The position numbers and the translations under genes are program-made. Below are positions 1 to 6,065 of a stretch of DNA of 10,593 nucleotides, one piece after another (position 1 is the first letter of the stretch; each line of letters opens with the position of its first letter). This DNA comes from a virus, in the UHGV virus genome UHGV-0266384, one strand, 5' to 3'. The notes below the pieces were generated by a model. It saw nothing but the letters and a program-made list of their open reading frames with translations. It did not search any database and was not told where the DNA came from.

Positions 1-1
1 G

Positions 2-121
2 AACAATAACGGTAAATACCGCACTTACAACTTACGTGGTGAAAGAGTGAAAGATGAAAAACCACAGTTAAGTTTGTTATTGCAAGTGCTGACAGACGAG
101 AAGCGTTTTATCGCTAACTGA
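2..121 (+). CDS. C-terminal 39 codons of an upstream chromosomal gene (partial; 5' end outside window)
   Basis: Open frame enters from the window edge (...NNNGKYRTYNLRGERVKDEKPQLSLLLQVLTDEKRFIAN) and stops at TGA 119-121, followed by a 12-bp inverted repeat. It lies directly upstream of tRNA-Pro; in E. coli K-12 this position is occupied by yejM (lapC) as far as I recall, but 39 residues are not enough for me to confirm identity. Confidence 0.5.
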   Translation, partial: NNNGKYRTYNLRGERVKDEKPQLSLLLQVLTDEKRFIAN

Positions 122-143
122 TTAATTATAAATCAGTTAGCGA
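112..143 (+). terminator. Perfect 12-bp inverted repeat (CGCTAACTGATT / AATCAGTTAGCG, 8-nt loop) overlapping the stop codon of the upstream gene
   Basis: Seen directly in sequence. There is no clean U-run after it, so it may be a weak terminator or a protein-binding site. Confidence 0.35.
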
Positions 144-153
144 AATATCTTAC

Positions 154-181
154 TTGCAATCGGTGTGGAAAACGGTAGTAT
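154..181 (+). promoter_or_regulatory. Sigma70-type promoter for the tRNA gene
   Basis: TTGCAA (154-159), 16-bp spacer, TAGTAT (176-181); the mature tRNA 5' end is 15 nt downstream. Confidence 0.5.
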
Positions 182-195
182 TAGCAGCCACGAGT

Positions 196-272
196 CGGCA
201 CGTAGCGCAGCCTGGTAGCGCACCGTCATGGGGTGTCGGGGGTCGGAGGTTCAAATCCTCTCGTGCCGACCA
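196..272 (+). tRNA. proL: tRNA-Pro, anticodon GGG, with encoded CCA end
   Basis: 77-nt cloverleaf read by hand: acceptor CGGCACG/CGTGCCG, D-arm GCGC-AGCCTGGTA-GCGC, anticodon loop AUGGGGU (anticodon GGG), T-arm GGAGG-TTCAAAT-CCTCT, then ACCA. Matches my memory of E. coli proL. Confidence 0.9.
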
Positions 273-279
273 AATCGCC

Positions 280-380
280 CACCGGATACCACCGGAATTA
301 ACAGTTTTTAGACACGAAAAGCCCGCTAATCCTTGATTGGCGGGTTTTTTTATGTTTTTTAGTCACCGAACATCACCGGA
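280..380 (+). repeat. Two pairs of tandem CACCGGA heptamers with 10-bp phasing, between the tRNA and int (candidate integrase arm-type or AlpA binding sites)
   Basis: CACCGGA at 280-286 and 290-296; CACCGAA at 364-370 and CACCGGA at 374-380. A third identical pair lies upstream of alpA (2194-2200, 2204-2210). Confidence 0.45.
322..351 (+). terminator. Rho-independent terminator of the tRNA transcript
   Basis: Stem CCCGCTAATC / GATTGGCGGG (one G-U pair), 3-nt loop, followed by TTTTTTT. Confidence 0.75.
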
Positions 381-405
381 TTTATAAGCTATCAGCCGGA
401 TTTTT

Positions 406-457
406 TAGTTATACGTTTAGTTATACGGGCTGGCGTATAACTAAAGCCGTATAACTA
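406..457. repeat. Four copies of the 10-mer TAGTTATACG in a symmetric array (two direct, two inverted) in the int promoter region
   Basis: TAGTTATACG at 406-415 and 418-427; reverse complement CGTATAACTA at 434-443 and 448-457. Sits 35-85 bp upstream of the int start. Confidence 0.5.
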
Positions 458-490
458 AAACCCTGTTTTTTCGTGTGGAATCATAGGCAT

Positions 491-1732
491 ATGGCGAGAA
501 AAACAACCCCATTAACTACAGTGCAGATCAAAGCAGCCAGGCCAGCTGAAAAGGAGTACACCCTACAGGACGGCGGGGGGCTTTTTCTCCTGGTCAAACC
601 GTCCGGATCAAAACTCTGGCGATTTTCCTACTACCGCCCGTCTGACAAAAAAAGAATATTGCTGAGTTTTGGATCACTTGATGATGTTTCCCTGGCTGAT
701 GCCAGAAAACGCCGTAGCGAGTACAGGACGTTAATCAGTGCCGGAACTGACCCGCAGGACCATGAACGGAAAAAACGTGAGGCAGAGGCCATAAGACAGG
801 GGAACACGTTCGAAAATGTGGCGGCAGCATGGTACAAGGTGAAAATCAGCCAGAATCTGGCCCCCAATACGATTAAAGACATCTGGAGATCGCTGGAAAA
901 ATATGTATTCCCGTTCATCGGTAACACGCCAATAGACACCCTGACCGCTCGCAGGTTCGTTGAGGTGCTTACCCCCATCAAGGAACGTGGCAACCTGGAA
1001 ACACTCAAACGGGTTTTACAGCGAGTCAATGAAGTAATGGATTACGCCGCCAACAGTGGGCTTATTGATACCAATCCGGCTATGAATGTGCGTAAGGCGT
1101 TCCCCTCCCCTGTAAAAAAACATATGCCAACAATCCGCCCCGAGCAGCTACCGGAGCTTATGCAGGCTTTATCAGTATCGGCAACAGAACGGCAGACCAG
1201 ATTACTGATTGAATGGCAGTTACTGACCGTAACCCGTCCCGCCGAAGCGTCATCAACGCGGTGGGATGAAATCGACATGGACGCGAAGCGATGGACGATA
1301 CCCGCCGGACGCATGAAGATGCGGCGTGATCACGTTATCCCGCTTTGTAGTCAGGCCATGGCAGTACTTGAAGCTATGAAGCCAATCAGCCACCACCGTG
1401 ATTACGTTTTCCCGAGTCTGAAAGACCCACGGCAGCCTATGAACAGCCAGACCGCCAACGCAGCATTGAGGCGTATGGGGTTTGGCGGGGTTCTGGTTTC
1501 TCACGGTATGCGAGCCATATTCAGCACCGCAGCGAACGAAGAAGGATTTGAGCCGGACGTAATCGAGGCCGCACTAGCCCACGTGGACACCAACGAAGTG
1601 AGACGGGCATACAACCGGAGCAACTACATAGAAAAACGCATTGTGCTTATGCGCTGGTGGGGCGAATTTGTCGAGGCTGCGGCGACGGGCGTAACCCTGG
1701 CCAGTGGTAAAAGGGGTATCCGAGCCGTGTAG
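491..1732 (+). CDS. int: Tyrosine site-specific integrase, P4/CP4-57 type, with N-terminal arm-binding domain
   Basis: 413 aa from ATG 491 (the track's GTG 473 start is in the same frame). N-terminus LTTVQIKAARPAEKEYTLQDGGGLFLLVKPSGSKLWRFSYY is the classic P4-integrase arm-binding (DUF4102-type) signature. The C-terminus carries the catalytic HxxR / Y region (HGMRAIFSTAANEEG ... RRAYNRSNYIEKR). Position next to a tRNA 3' end in the same orientation is typical. Confidence 0.92.
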   Translation: MARKTTPLTTVQIKAARPAEKEYTLQDGGGLFLLVKPSGSKLWRFSYYRPSDKKRILLSFGSLDDVSLADARKRRSEYRTLISAGTDPQDHERKKREAEAIRQGNTFENVAAAWYKVKISQNLAPNTIKDIWRSLEKYVFPFIGNTPIDTLTARRFVEVLTPIKERGNLETLKRVLQRVNEVMDYAANSGLIDTNPAMNVRKAFPSPVKKHMPTIRPEQLPELMQALSVSATERQTRLLIEWQLLTVTRPAEASSTRWDEIDMDAKRWTIPAGRMKMRRDHVIPLCSQAMAVLEAMKPISHHRDYVFPSLKDPRQPMNSQTANAALRRMGFGGVLVSHGMRAIFSTAANEEGFEPDVIEAALAHVDTNEVRRAYNRSNYIEKRIVLMRWWGEFVEAAATGVTLASGKRGIRAV

Positions 1733-1740
1733 CTGTACAG

Positions 1741-1785
1741 AAAACCAGTAAAAACTACGAAAACCATGTAAAACCGTCGTATAAT
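1741..1785 (+). promoter_or_regulatory. Phased A-tracts (curved-DNA / UP-like element) followed by a perfect TATAAT
   Basis: AAAACC-type tracts at 1741, 1751, 1760 and 1770 (about 10-bp period), then TATAAT at 1780-1785. There is no good -35 hexamer. Confidence 0.35.
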
Positions 1786-1809
1786 TGCATCAAATTTAAC
1801 GACAAGGCC

Positions 1810-2061
1810 GTGAAACATGAAACCGTTAAGATGCAAAAAAATATCAGATGCAATTGCGACGGGCTGCAACTGGCCCTGATGGTTCAGCATGAATTTTGGT
1901 CAACCTACGATCCGGAGGACAGGACGACGGCCCCATCAAAAAAACAGGTAGTAGATTTTCTGGTATCCCGTGGCGCTTCCAGAAATCTGGCGGTAAGTAT
2001 TGATAAGGTCGTACGTCCGGCATCTATGAAGATCGGAGGCAGGCCCAAAAAATGGCGGTAA
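1810..2061 (+). CDS. Hypothetical small basic protein (83 aa from GTG 1810; alternative ATG start at 1831)
   Basis: ORF followed 11 nt later by a strong intrinsic terminator. I do not recognise a family; the C-terminus GGRPKKWR is AT-hook-like. The start codon is uncertain and the Shine-Dalgarno is weak. Confidence 0.4.
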   Translation: MKHETVKMQKNIRCNCDGLQLALMVQHEFWSTYDPEDRTTAPSKKQVVDFLVSRGASRNLAVSIDKVVRPASMKIGGRPKKWR

Positions 2062-2072
2062 CAATCCTGGAA

Positions 2073-2095
2073 GCGGCAGAAATGCCGCTTTTTTT
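2073..2095 (+). terminator. Rho-independent terminator
   Basis: GCGGCA-GAAA-TGCCGC followed by TTTTTTT. Confidence 0.8.
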
Positions 2096-2124
2096 ATAAT
2101 TCCATTTCAAATCATCAATATAAA

Positions 2125-2210
2125 AAACGGTGTATACCGTTTAAAAACGGTGGGAACTGTTTTTACCCATATCCGATGATTTACCGTATTTGTCACCGGA
2201 ATACACCGGA
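2125..2210 (+). promoter_or_regulatory. alpA upstream control region with palindromes and a CACCGGA tandem pair
   Basis: AACGGTGTATACCGTT palindrome (2127-2142), overlapping ACCGTTTAAAAACGGT, then CACCGGA at 2194-2200 and 2204-2210. Confidence 0.4.
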
Positions 2211-2228
2211 TTCACAAGGTAAATCACG

Positions 2229-2435
2229 ATGGAAGCAATCAGAAAAATTATCTTTCGCCAGGAAGTAAAAAAAATTATCCACATCAAGGCAGACAGCACG
2301 CTGCAAAGCATGATCAACGCCGGAGAATTTCCGCAGGGTTTTCGCGTTGGTTTACGCCGTCGCGGATGGTATGAGGATGATGTGTTGGCCTGGCAGAAAG
2401 AACGCGAACAGGAAGCACGCGGAACGGCTGCTTAA
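2229..2435 (+). CDS. alpA: AlpA-family phage transcriptional regulator / excisionase-like (MerR-type HTH)
   Basis: 68 aa. The stretch RQEVKKIIHIKADSTLQSMINAGEFPQGFRVGLRRRGWYEDDVLAW fits the AlpA pattern (helix ... GEFP ... G.R...W...V..W) as I remember it from CP4-57 AlpA. The int - small ORF - alpA order is typical of P4-like islands and PICIs. Confidence 0.8.
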   Translation: MEAIRKIIFRQEVKKIIHIKADSTLQSMINAGEFPQGFRVGLRRRGWYEDDVLAWQKEREQEARGTAA

Positions 2436-2583
2436 CGGGTATCACAGATATGACAAACACGAAAAAAGCGGCCCCGATATGGAGCCGTCTTTCTGAACAG
2501 ATAACCCGCTGCGCTGTTTGTGTGTGTGATCCCAAACATAAGCACGGGGATGATAGCCGCTATCAGGCTGGTGGGCAATGCAA

Positions 2584-2760
2584 TCAGTCTGGTTCAGTTC
2601 GTTGCCATAACTGCGAAGCTCTCTCCTTTGATGAGTATTCTTTAAGGTACTTCTCAAGGGCAAAAGAACACGGCGCGAATCGTTCTGATTCATGCTCTTT
2701 CTTTCTGCGTCGTCTTTTTCGTGCAGGTGATGTTTTTTCGGTTGATTCTTCGTTGGTCAT
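2584..2760 (-). CDS. Hypothetical small basic protein (58 aa), below the ORF-track length cutoff
   Basis: Hand translation of the minus strand: MTNEESTEKTSPARKRRRRKKEHESERFAPCSFALEKYLKEYSSKERASQLWQRTEPD. It is in the same frame as the RHH ORF at 2818-2997 and separated from it only by one TAA and 19 sense codons. Shine-Dalgarno is weak. Confidence 0.3.
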   Translation of the reverse strand: MTNEESTEKTSPARKRRRRKKEHESERFAPCSFALEKYLKEYSSKERASQLWQRTEPD

Positions 2761-2817
2761 TGTGTGCGCCTGTAAAGCAATGCGCCGGAGTACCTCACAC
2801 CACGGCGCTGATAGTTT

Positions 2818-2997
2818 TTATCCTTTGGGTTCTATGCCGCGTTGCTGTAATTCTTTGCGGATTATTCGCTTTATCCAGGCAGCAAGAGAATCATCGCCGT
2901 CCTGTTGTTGTGCCTTTTCCATCTTTTCCCGTAAGTCAGGATCTAAACGGAACTGGAACGGAGGATTACCACGCCTTTCGTTTTTGTGTGTTGACAC
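2818..2997 (-). CDS. Ribbon-helix-helix (Arc/CopG-like) small DNA-binding protein, 59 aa, candidate repressor of the divergent switch
   Basis: Hand translation of the minus strand from GTG (SD GAGGTG 8 nt upstream): MSTHKNERRGNPPFQFRLDPDLREKMEKAQQQDGDDSLAAWIKRIIRKELQQRGIEPKG. The pattern of a beta-strand with alternating hydrophobics (FQFRL), then helix, then Gly-containing turn, then helix is that of Arc-family RHH proteins. Missing from the ORF track only because it is under 60 aa. Confidence 0.55.
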   Translation of the reverse strand: MSTHKNERRGNPPFQFRLDPDLREKMEKAQQQDGDDSLAAWIKRIIRKELQQRGIEPKG

Positions 2998-3046
2998 GTT
3001 AATTACACCTCATGTAATGTATTTATGTGTAATGACACATTACACA
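2991..3046 (+). promoter_or_regulatory. Early rightward promoter with operator palindromes
   Basis: Perfect -35 TTGACA (2991-2996), 16-bp spacer, -10 TGTAAT (3013-3018). A 21-bp perfect palindrome TGTGTAATG-ACA-CATTACACA (3026-3046) lies just downstream, with a third TGTAATG half-site at 3013-3019 overlapping the -10. The -35 overlaps the start codon of the minus-strand RHH ORF. Confidence 0.6.
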
Positions 3047-3126
3047 CAATCAACACAAAAAGCAAAGCCCCGCACTGTAGGAGCAGTAACGGGGCTTCTA
3101 ACCAACAACGTAAACTAGGAGCCGTT

Positions 3127-3324
3127 ATGGTTGCCGTAAATCATATACCACACCTTGTACACACACAAACGGCCTTTGTGTGGCGTTTTCTGGCACTGAG
3201 TGCCGGAGAATCTCAAATCATCCACGTAACCGCCTGGACGGAACGCGAAGCGCGTAGCCGTTGCCCGTCCGGTTGTGTTGCTGTATTCGCCGCCCGTATT
3301 CGTCAGGGGTCACATCATGCGTAA
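3127..3324 (+). CDS. Icd-like small protein (host cell-division inhibitor family), 65 aa
   Basis: Strong SD AGGAG 6 nt upstream of ATG 3127 (the track's longer 3025 start lacks an SD). Motifs FVWRFLALS ... TEREAR ... FAARIRQG resemble the P1 Icd / P4-like Icd-like family as I recall it. A paralogous C-terminus is repeated in the next gene. Confidence 0.5.
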   Translation: MVAVNHIPHLVHTQTAFVWRFLALSAGESQIIHVTAWTEREARSRCPSGCVAVFAARIRQGSHHA

Positions 3325-3781
3325 AAACCGCTTGCAAAAAATTATCACGGGGCTGTATGCTTCCCCCGTCGCCCACATGGCGACCGGGTTTGACAGCCTG
3401 AATACATCTGGCGGACAGCCGCCCACATCCGATAAGCGGTTTTTTTGTGTCCGTAAACCTACCCATACCCGCATTATGGCGGGGCGTAACGGGGGAGCCT
3501 TTGTGCTCGCTGGTTTCCAGATGACCAGTCTGTCAACCCTGTTACGTCTCGCCACCATGTTTGACAGCGTAGTAGCGAGACTCCTTAAAATTCATCTGGG
3601 AGCCTTTCACATGGCTGTATCCGCACGCCCTTATTTTGTCTGGCGCTTTATGCAGTGCCTGACAGACAGTATTGCAATATTCACCGTTACCGCTGCCACT
3701 GAGCGCGAAGCACGTGCACAGCTGCCGCACGCACATCTTATTTTTGTCGCCCGTATTCGCCAGGGGGGGAGTCATGCATAA
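3317..3781 (+). CDS. Ash-like / Icd-like protein (154 aa), or alternatively only the C-terminal 56-aa Icd-like paralog starting at ATG 3611
   Basis: ATG 3317 overlaps the previous stop (ATGCGTAA) with SD AGGGG upstream. The C-terminal 56 aa (YFVWRFMQCL ... TEREARAQ ... FVARIRQGG) are paralogous to the gene at 3127-3324 and have their own SD (GGGAG) and ATG at 3611. The N-terminal 98 codons overlap a repeat-rich, hairpin-rich region, so their coding status is uncertain. Confidence 0.45.
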   Translation: MRKNRLQKIITGLYASPVAHMATGFDSLNTSGGQPPTSDKRFFCVRKPTHTRIMAGRNGGAFVLAGFQMTSLSTLLRLATMFDSVVARLLKIHLGAFHMAVSARPYFVWRFMQCLTDSIAIFTVTAATEREARAQLPHAHLIFVARIRQGGSHA

Positions 3782-4001
3782 AATACCCTTTGATGTTCTT
3801 GTTCATTCTGAAAACGCATTAATCCGCGCAAAGGAAATGGACGCATTACTACTTAAGTTAATTGATGTGCCGGAAAGTGGCGATGAATCTGATTCAATGA
3901 TGTTTTCTGCCGTGCGTACGCTATTAACGCCTGTTATTAATGAATTAAATACAGTGATGGCAATTCACGAGAATAATAAAGCGCAGCACACCGGAGAATA
4001 A
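3774..4001 (+). CDS. Hypothetical small acidic protein (75 aa)
   Basis: ATG 3774 overlaps the previous stop (ATGCATAA) and follows a strong SD GGGGGGGAG. MHKIPFDVLVHSENALIRAKEMDALLLKLIDVPESGDESDSMMF... No family recognised. The track's longer 3672 start is unlikely. Confidence 0.55.
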   Translation: MHKIPFDVLVHSENALIRAKEMDALLLKLIDVPESGDESDSMMFSAVRTLLTPVINELNTVMAIHENNKAQHTGE

Positions 4002-4006
4002 AAAAC

Positions 4007-4306
4007 ATGAAAAATAAAAATTCTGGCGTTACTGCCAGCGGCCCCGCTCGTCCTGAATTTATGAACGGCGATATTTACCGCGATAAATATGGCGGCATGG
4101 TAACGATTAAAGGCGTGGCAGAACGGCGCATCACCTACCGTCGTGAAGGCTACGAATATGATTGCGTGATGCCTGTTTATCAGTTTCGGCGTGATTTTTC
4201 TCTGGTACAGGCAGCGCCCCGCAGTAAACCAACCAGCAGGGAGAAAGCACGCGCCAATATTCAGGAAATAAAAAAGATGCTTAACGTATTCAGGGGTAAA
4301 AAATGA
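4007..4306 (+). CDS. Hypothetical small protein (99 aa), translationally coupled to the primase; possibly DUF4222-like
   Basis: SD GGAGA upstream of ATG 4007; the stop overlaps the primase start (ATGA). The motif YRDKYGGMVTIKGV...RRITYRREGYEYDCVMPVYQFRRDF reminds me of a small prophage DUF family, but I cannot confirm it. Confidence 0.55.
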   Translation: MKNKNSGVTASGPARPEFMNGDIYRDKYGGMVTIKGVAERRITYRREGYEYDCVMPVYQFRRDFSLVQAAPRSKPTSREKARANIQEIKKMLNVFRGKK

Positions 4307-6051
4307 AACTGGCACCGAACGTAAAAAAACAGCCACGCGGAATAAAACACAAAGACACAGAGGTAATTATTTTCGCGGGTAGTGATGCCTGGTCGCACGC
4401 GAAACAATGGCAGGAGCAGGATGGCCCCGCATCCGGCGATAATGTGCCGCCTGTGTGGCTTGGGCCAAATCAGCTTGCCGAACTTGATGCACTGAAAATT
4501 GTTCCGGATGGGAAAAAGCGCGTAAGGCTGTACCAGGCCGGAGAACTGGATTTGGTGGAGACCAAAAAGATTGGTCAGAAGCTGGCGGCGGCAGATATTC
4601 AGGACGCAAATTTTTACCCCGAAGGAATGCACGTCCAGAAGTGTGAAAACTGGCGGCGCTATCTGAATGCTGAGCGTGAAAATATTGCCGCAGGGCTTAC
4701 CATGCCGGAGCAGAAAAATACGCAACTGGCACAAATGGCAGACAGTGAGCGCGCGCAGCTGCTTGCCGAGCGCTTTGATGGCGTTTGTGTGCATCCGGAA
4801 AGTGAAATCGTTCACGTATGGCGCGGCGGGGTATGGTGTCCGGTCAGCACAATGGAACTTAGCCGCGAAATGGTGGCGATCTATTCAGAGCACAGGGCCA
4901 CTTTCAGCAAGCGCGTAATCAATAACGCCGTGGAGGCGTTAAAAGTTATTGCCGAACCAATGGGCGAGCCGTCCGGCGATTTGCTGCCGTTCGCCAATGG
5001 TGCGCTTGACCTGAAAACGGGGGAATTTTCCCCGCACACGCCGGAGAACTGGATCACCACGCACAACGGCATTGAGTACACGCCACCAGCACCAGGGGAG
5101 AATATCTGCGACAACGCGCCAAACTTTCATAAATGGCTTGAGCACGCAGCCGGAAAAGACCCGCGCAAGATGATGCGTATATGTGCCGCGCTGTACATGA
5201 TTATGGCGAACCGGTACGACTGGCAGATGTTTATTGAGGCCACCGGAGACGGCGGGAGCGGCAAAAGTACATTCACCCACATCGCCAGCCTTTTAGCGGG
5301 GAAACAAAACACGGTAAGCGCGGAAATGACATCGCTTGATGATGCTGGTGGGCGTGCGCAGGTTGTCGGGAGTCGTCTTATCGTCCTGGCAGACCAGCCG
5401 AAATATACAGGCGAAGGCACGGGCATCAAGAAAATCACGGGCGGCGACCCCGTGGAAATCAACCCGAAATATGAAAAGCGTTTCACTACGGTAATCAGGG
5501 CGGTGGTGCTGGCGACCAATAACAACCCGATGATATTCACCGAACGGGCCGGAGGCGTGTCACGTCGTCGGGTTATTTTCCGCTTCGACAATATCGTAAG
5601 CGAGGCAGAAAAAGACAGGGAGCTACCGGAAAAGATCGCGGCTGAAATCCCTGTCATTATCCGCCGCTTGCTGGCGAACTTTACCGACCCTGAGAAGGCA
5701 CGGGCTTTACTACTGGAACAGCGTGACGGTGATGAAGCTCTGGCAATAAAGCAACAGACGGATCCGGTTATTGAGTTTTGCCAGTTCCTGAATTTTCTGG
5801 AGGAAGCACGCGGCCTGATGATGGGCGGCGGTGGCGATTCAGTGAAGTACACAACCAGAAACAGCCTTTACCGCGTCTATCTGGCGTTTATGGCATACGC
5901 AGGCAGGAGCAAACCGCTAAACGTGGCTGAGTTCAGCAAGGCCATGAAGCCAGCGGCAAAAGTTTACGGACATGAATATATTACGCGGAGAGTTAAGGGA
6001 GTAACGCAGACCAACGCAATTACAACTGATGATTGTGACGCGTTTTTATAA
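4303..6051 (+). CDS. Primase-helicase, P4 alpha / D5-like SF3 helicase (the PICI pri-rep equivalent)
   Basis: 582 aa. SF3 helicase motifs are present: Walker A GDGGSGKST (about nt 5245-5271), motif B RLIVLAD, motif C VVLATNNNP. It is immediately followed by an iteron array, as expected for a replication initiator. Confidence 0.85.
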   Translation: MKLAPNVKKQPRGIKHKDTEVIIFAGSDAWSHAKQWQEQDGPASGDNVPPVWLGPNQLAELDALKIVPDGKKRVRLYQAGELDLVETKKIGQKLAAADIQDANFYPEGMHVQKCENWRRYLNAERENIAAGLTMPEQKNTQLAQMADSERAQLLAERFDGVCVHPESEIVHVWRGGVWCPVSTMELSREMVAIYSEHRATFSKRVINNAVEALKVIAEPMGEPSGDLLPFANGALDLKTGEFSPHTPENWITTHNGIEYTPPAPGENICDNAPNFHKWLEHAAGKDPRKMMRICAALYMIMANRYDWQMFIEATGDGGSGKSTFTHIASLLAGKQNTVSAEMTSLDDAGGRAQVVGSRLIVLADQPKYTGEGTGIKKITGGDPVEINPKYEKRFTTVIRAVVLATNNNPMIFTERAGGVSRRRVIFRFDNIVSEAEKDRELPEKIAAEIPVIIRRLLANFTDPEKARALLLEQRDGDEALAIKQQTDPVIEFCQFLNFLEEARGLMMGGGGDSVKYTTRNSLYRVYLAFMAYAGRSKPLNVAEFSKAMKPAAKVYGHEYITRRVKGVTQTNAITTDDCDAFL

Positions 6052-6065
6052 TTTTTTGTAAAAGT

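Noticed and set aside
154-336. 60-aa plus-strand ORF overlapping the tRNA
   Set aside because: It is fully accounted for by the tRNA-Pro gene and its terminator.
631-1890. Minus-strand ORFs (631-1029, 1042-1314, 1253-1504, 1624-1890) within or overlapping int
   Set aside because: Antisense to the strongly supported integrase gene; no independent support.
3065-3097. Stem-loop AAGCCCCG ... CGGGGCTT in the early leader as a terminator
   Set aside because: There is no U-run after the stem. More likely it is leader RNA structure, and the evidence is insufficient to call an attenuator.
2450-3118. Plus-strand 222-codon ORF spanning the alpA-to-promoter gap (also 2721-3002 in another frame)
   Set aside because: The translation is Cys/Ser/Arg-rich and low-complexity, with no SD. 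It runs antisense to the RHH-like and basic small ORFs and straight through the TTGACA/TGTAAT promoter and operator palindrome, so it is most likely a shadow frame. Kept as an alternative in the findings.
3218-3775. Minus-strand ORFs 3218-3466, 3310-3558 and 3542-3775 in the Icd-like region
   Set aside because: They lack SDs, have implausible composition, and lie antisense to the plus-strand genes with strong SDs and coupled junctions.
5127-5852. 241-aa minus-strand ORF inside the primase-helicase gene (plus several other minus and plus ORFs at 4261-5280)
   Set aside because: Antisense shadow ORFs within a well-supported 582-aa gene that has SF3 helicase motifs; Ser/Arg/Pro-rich translations.
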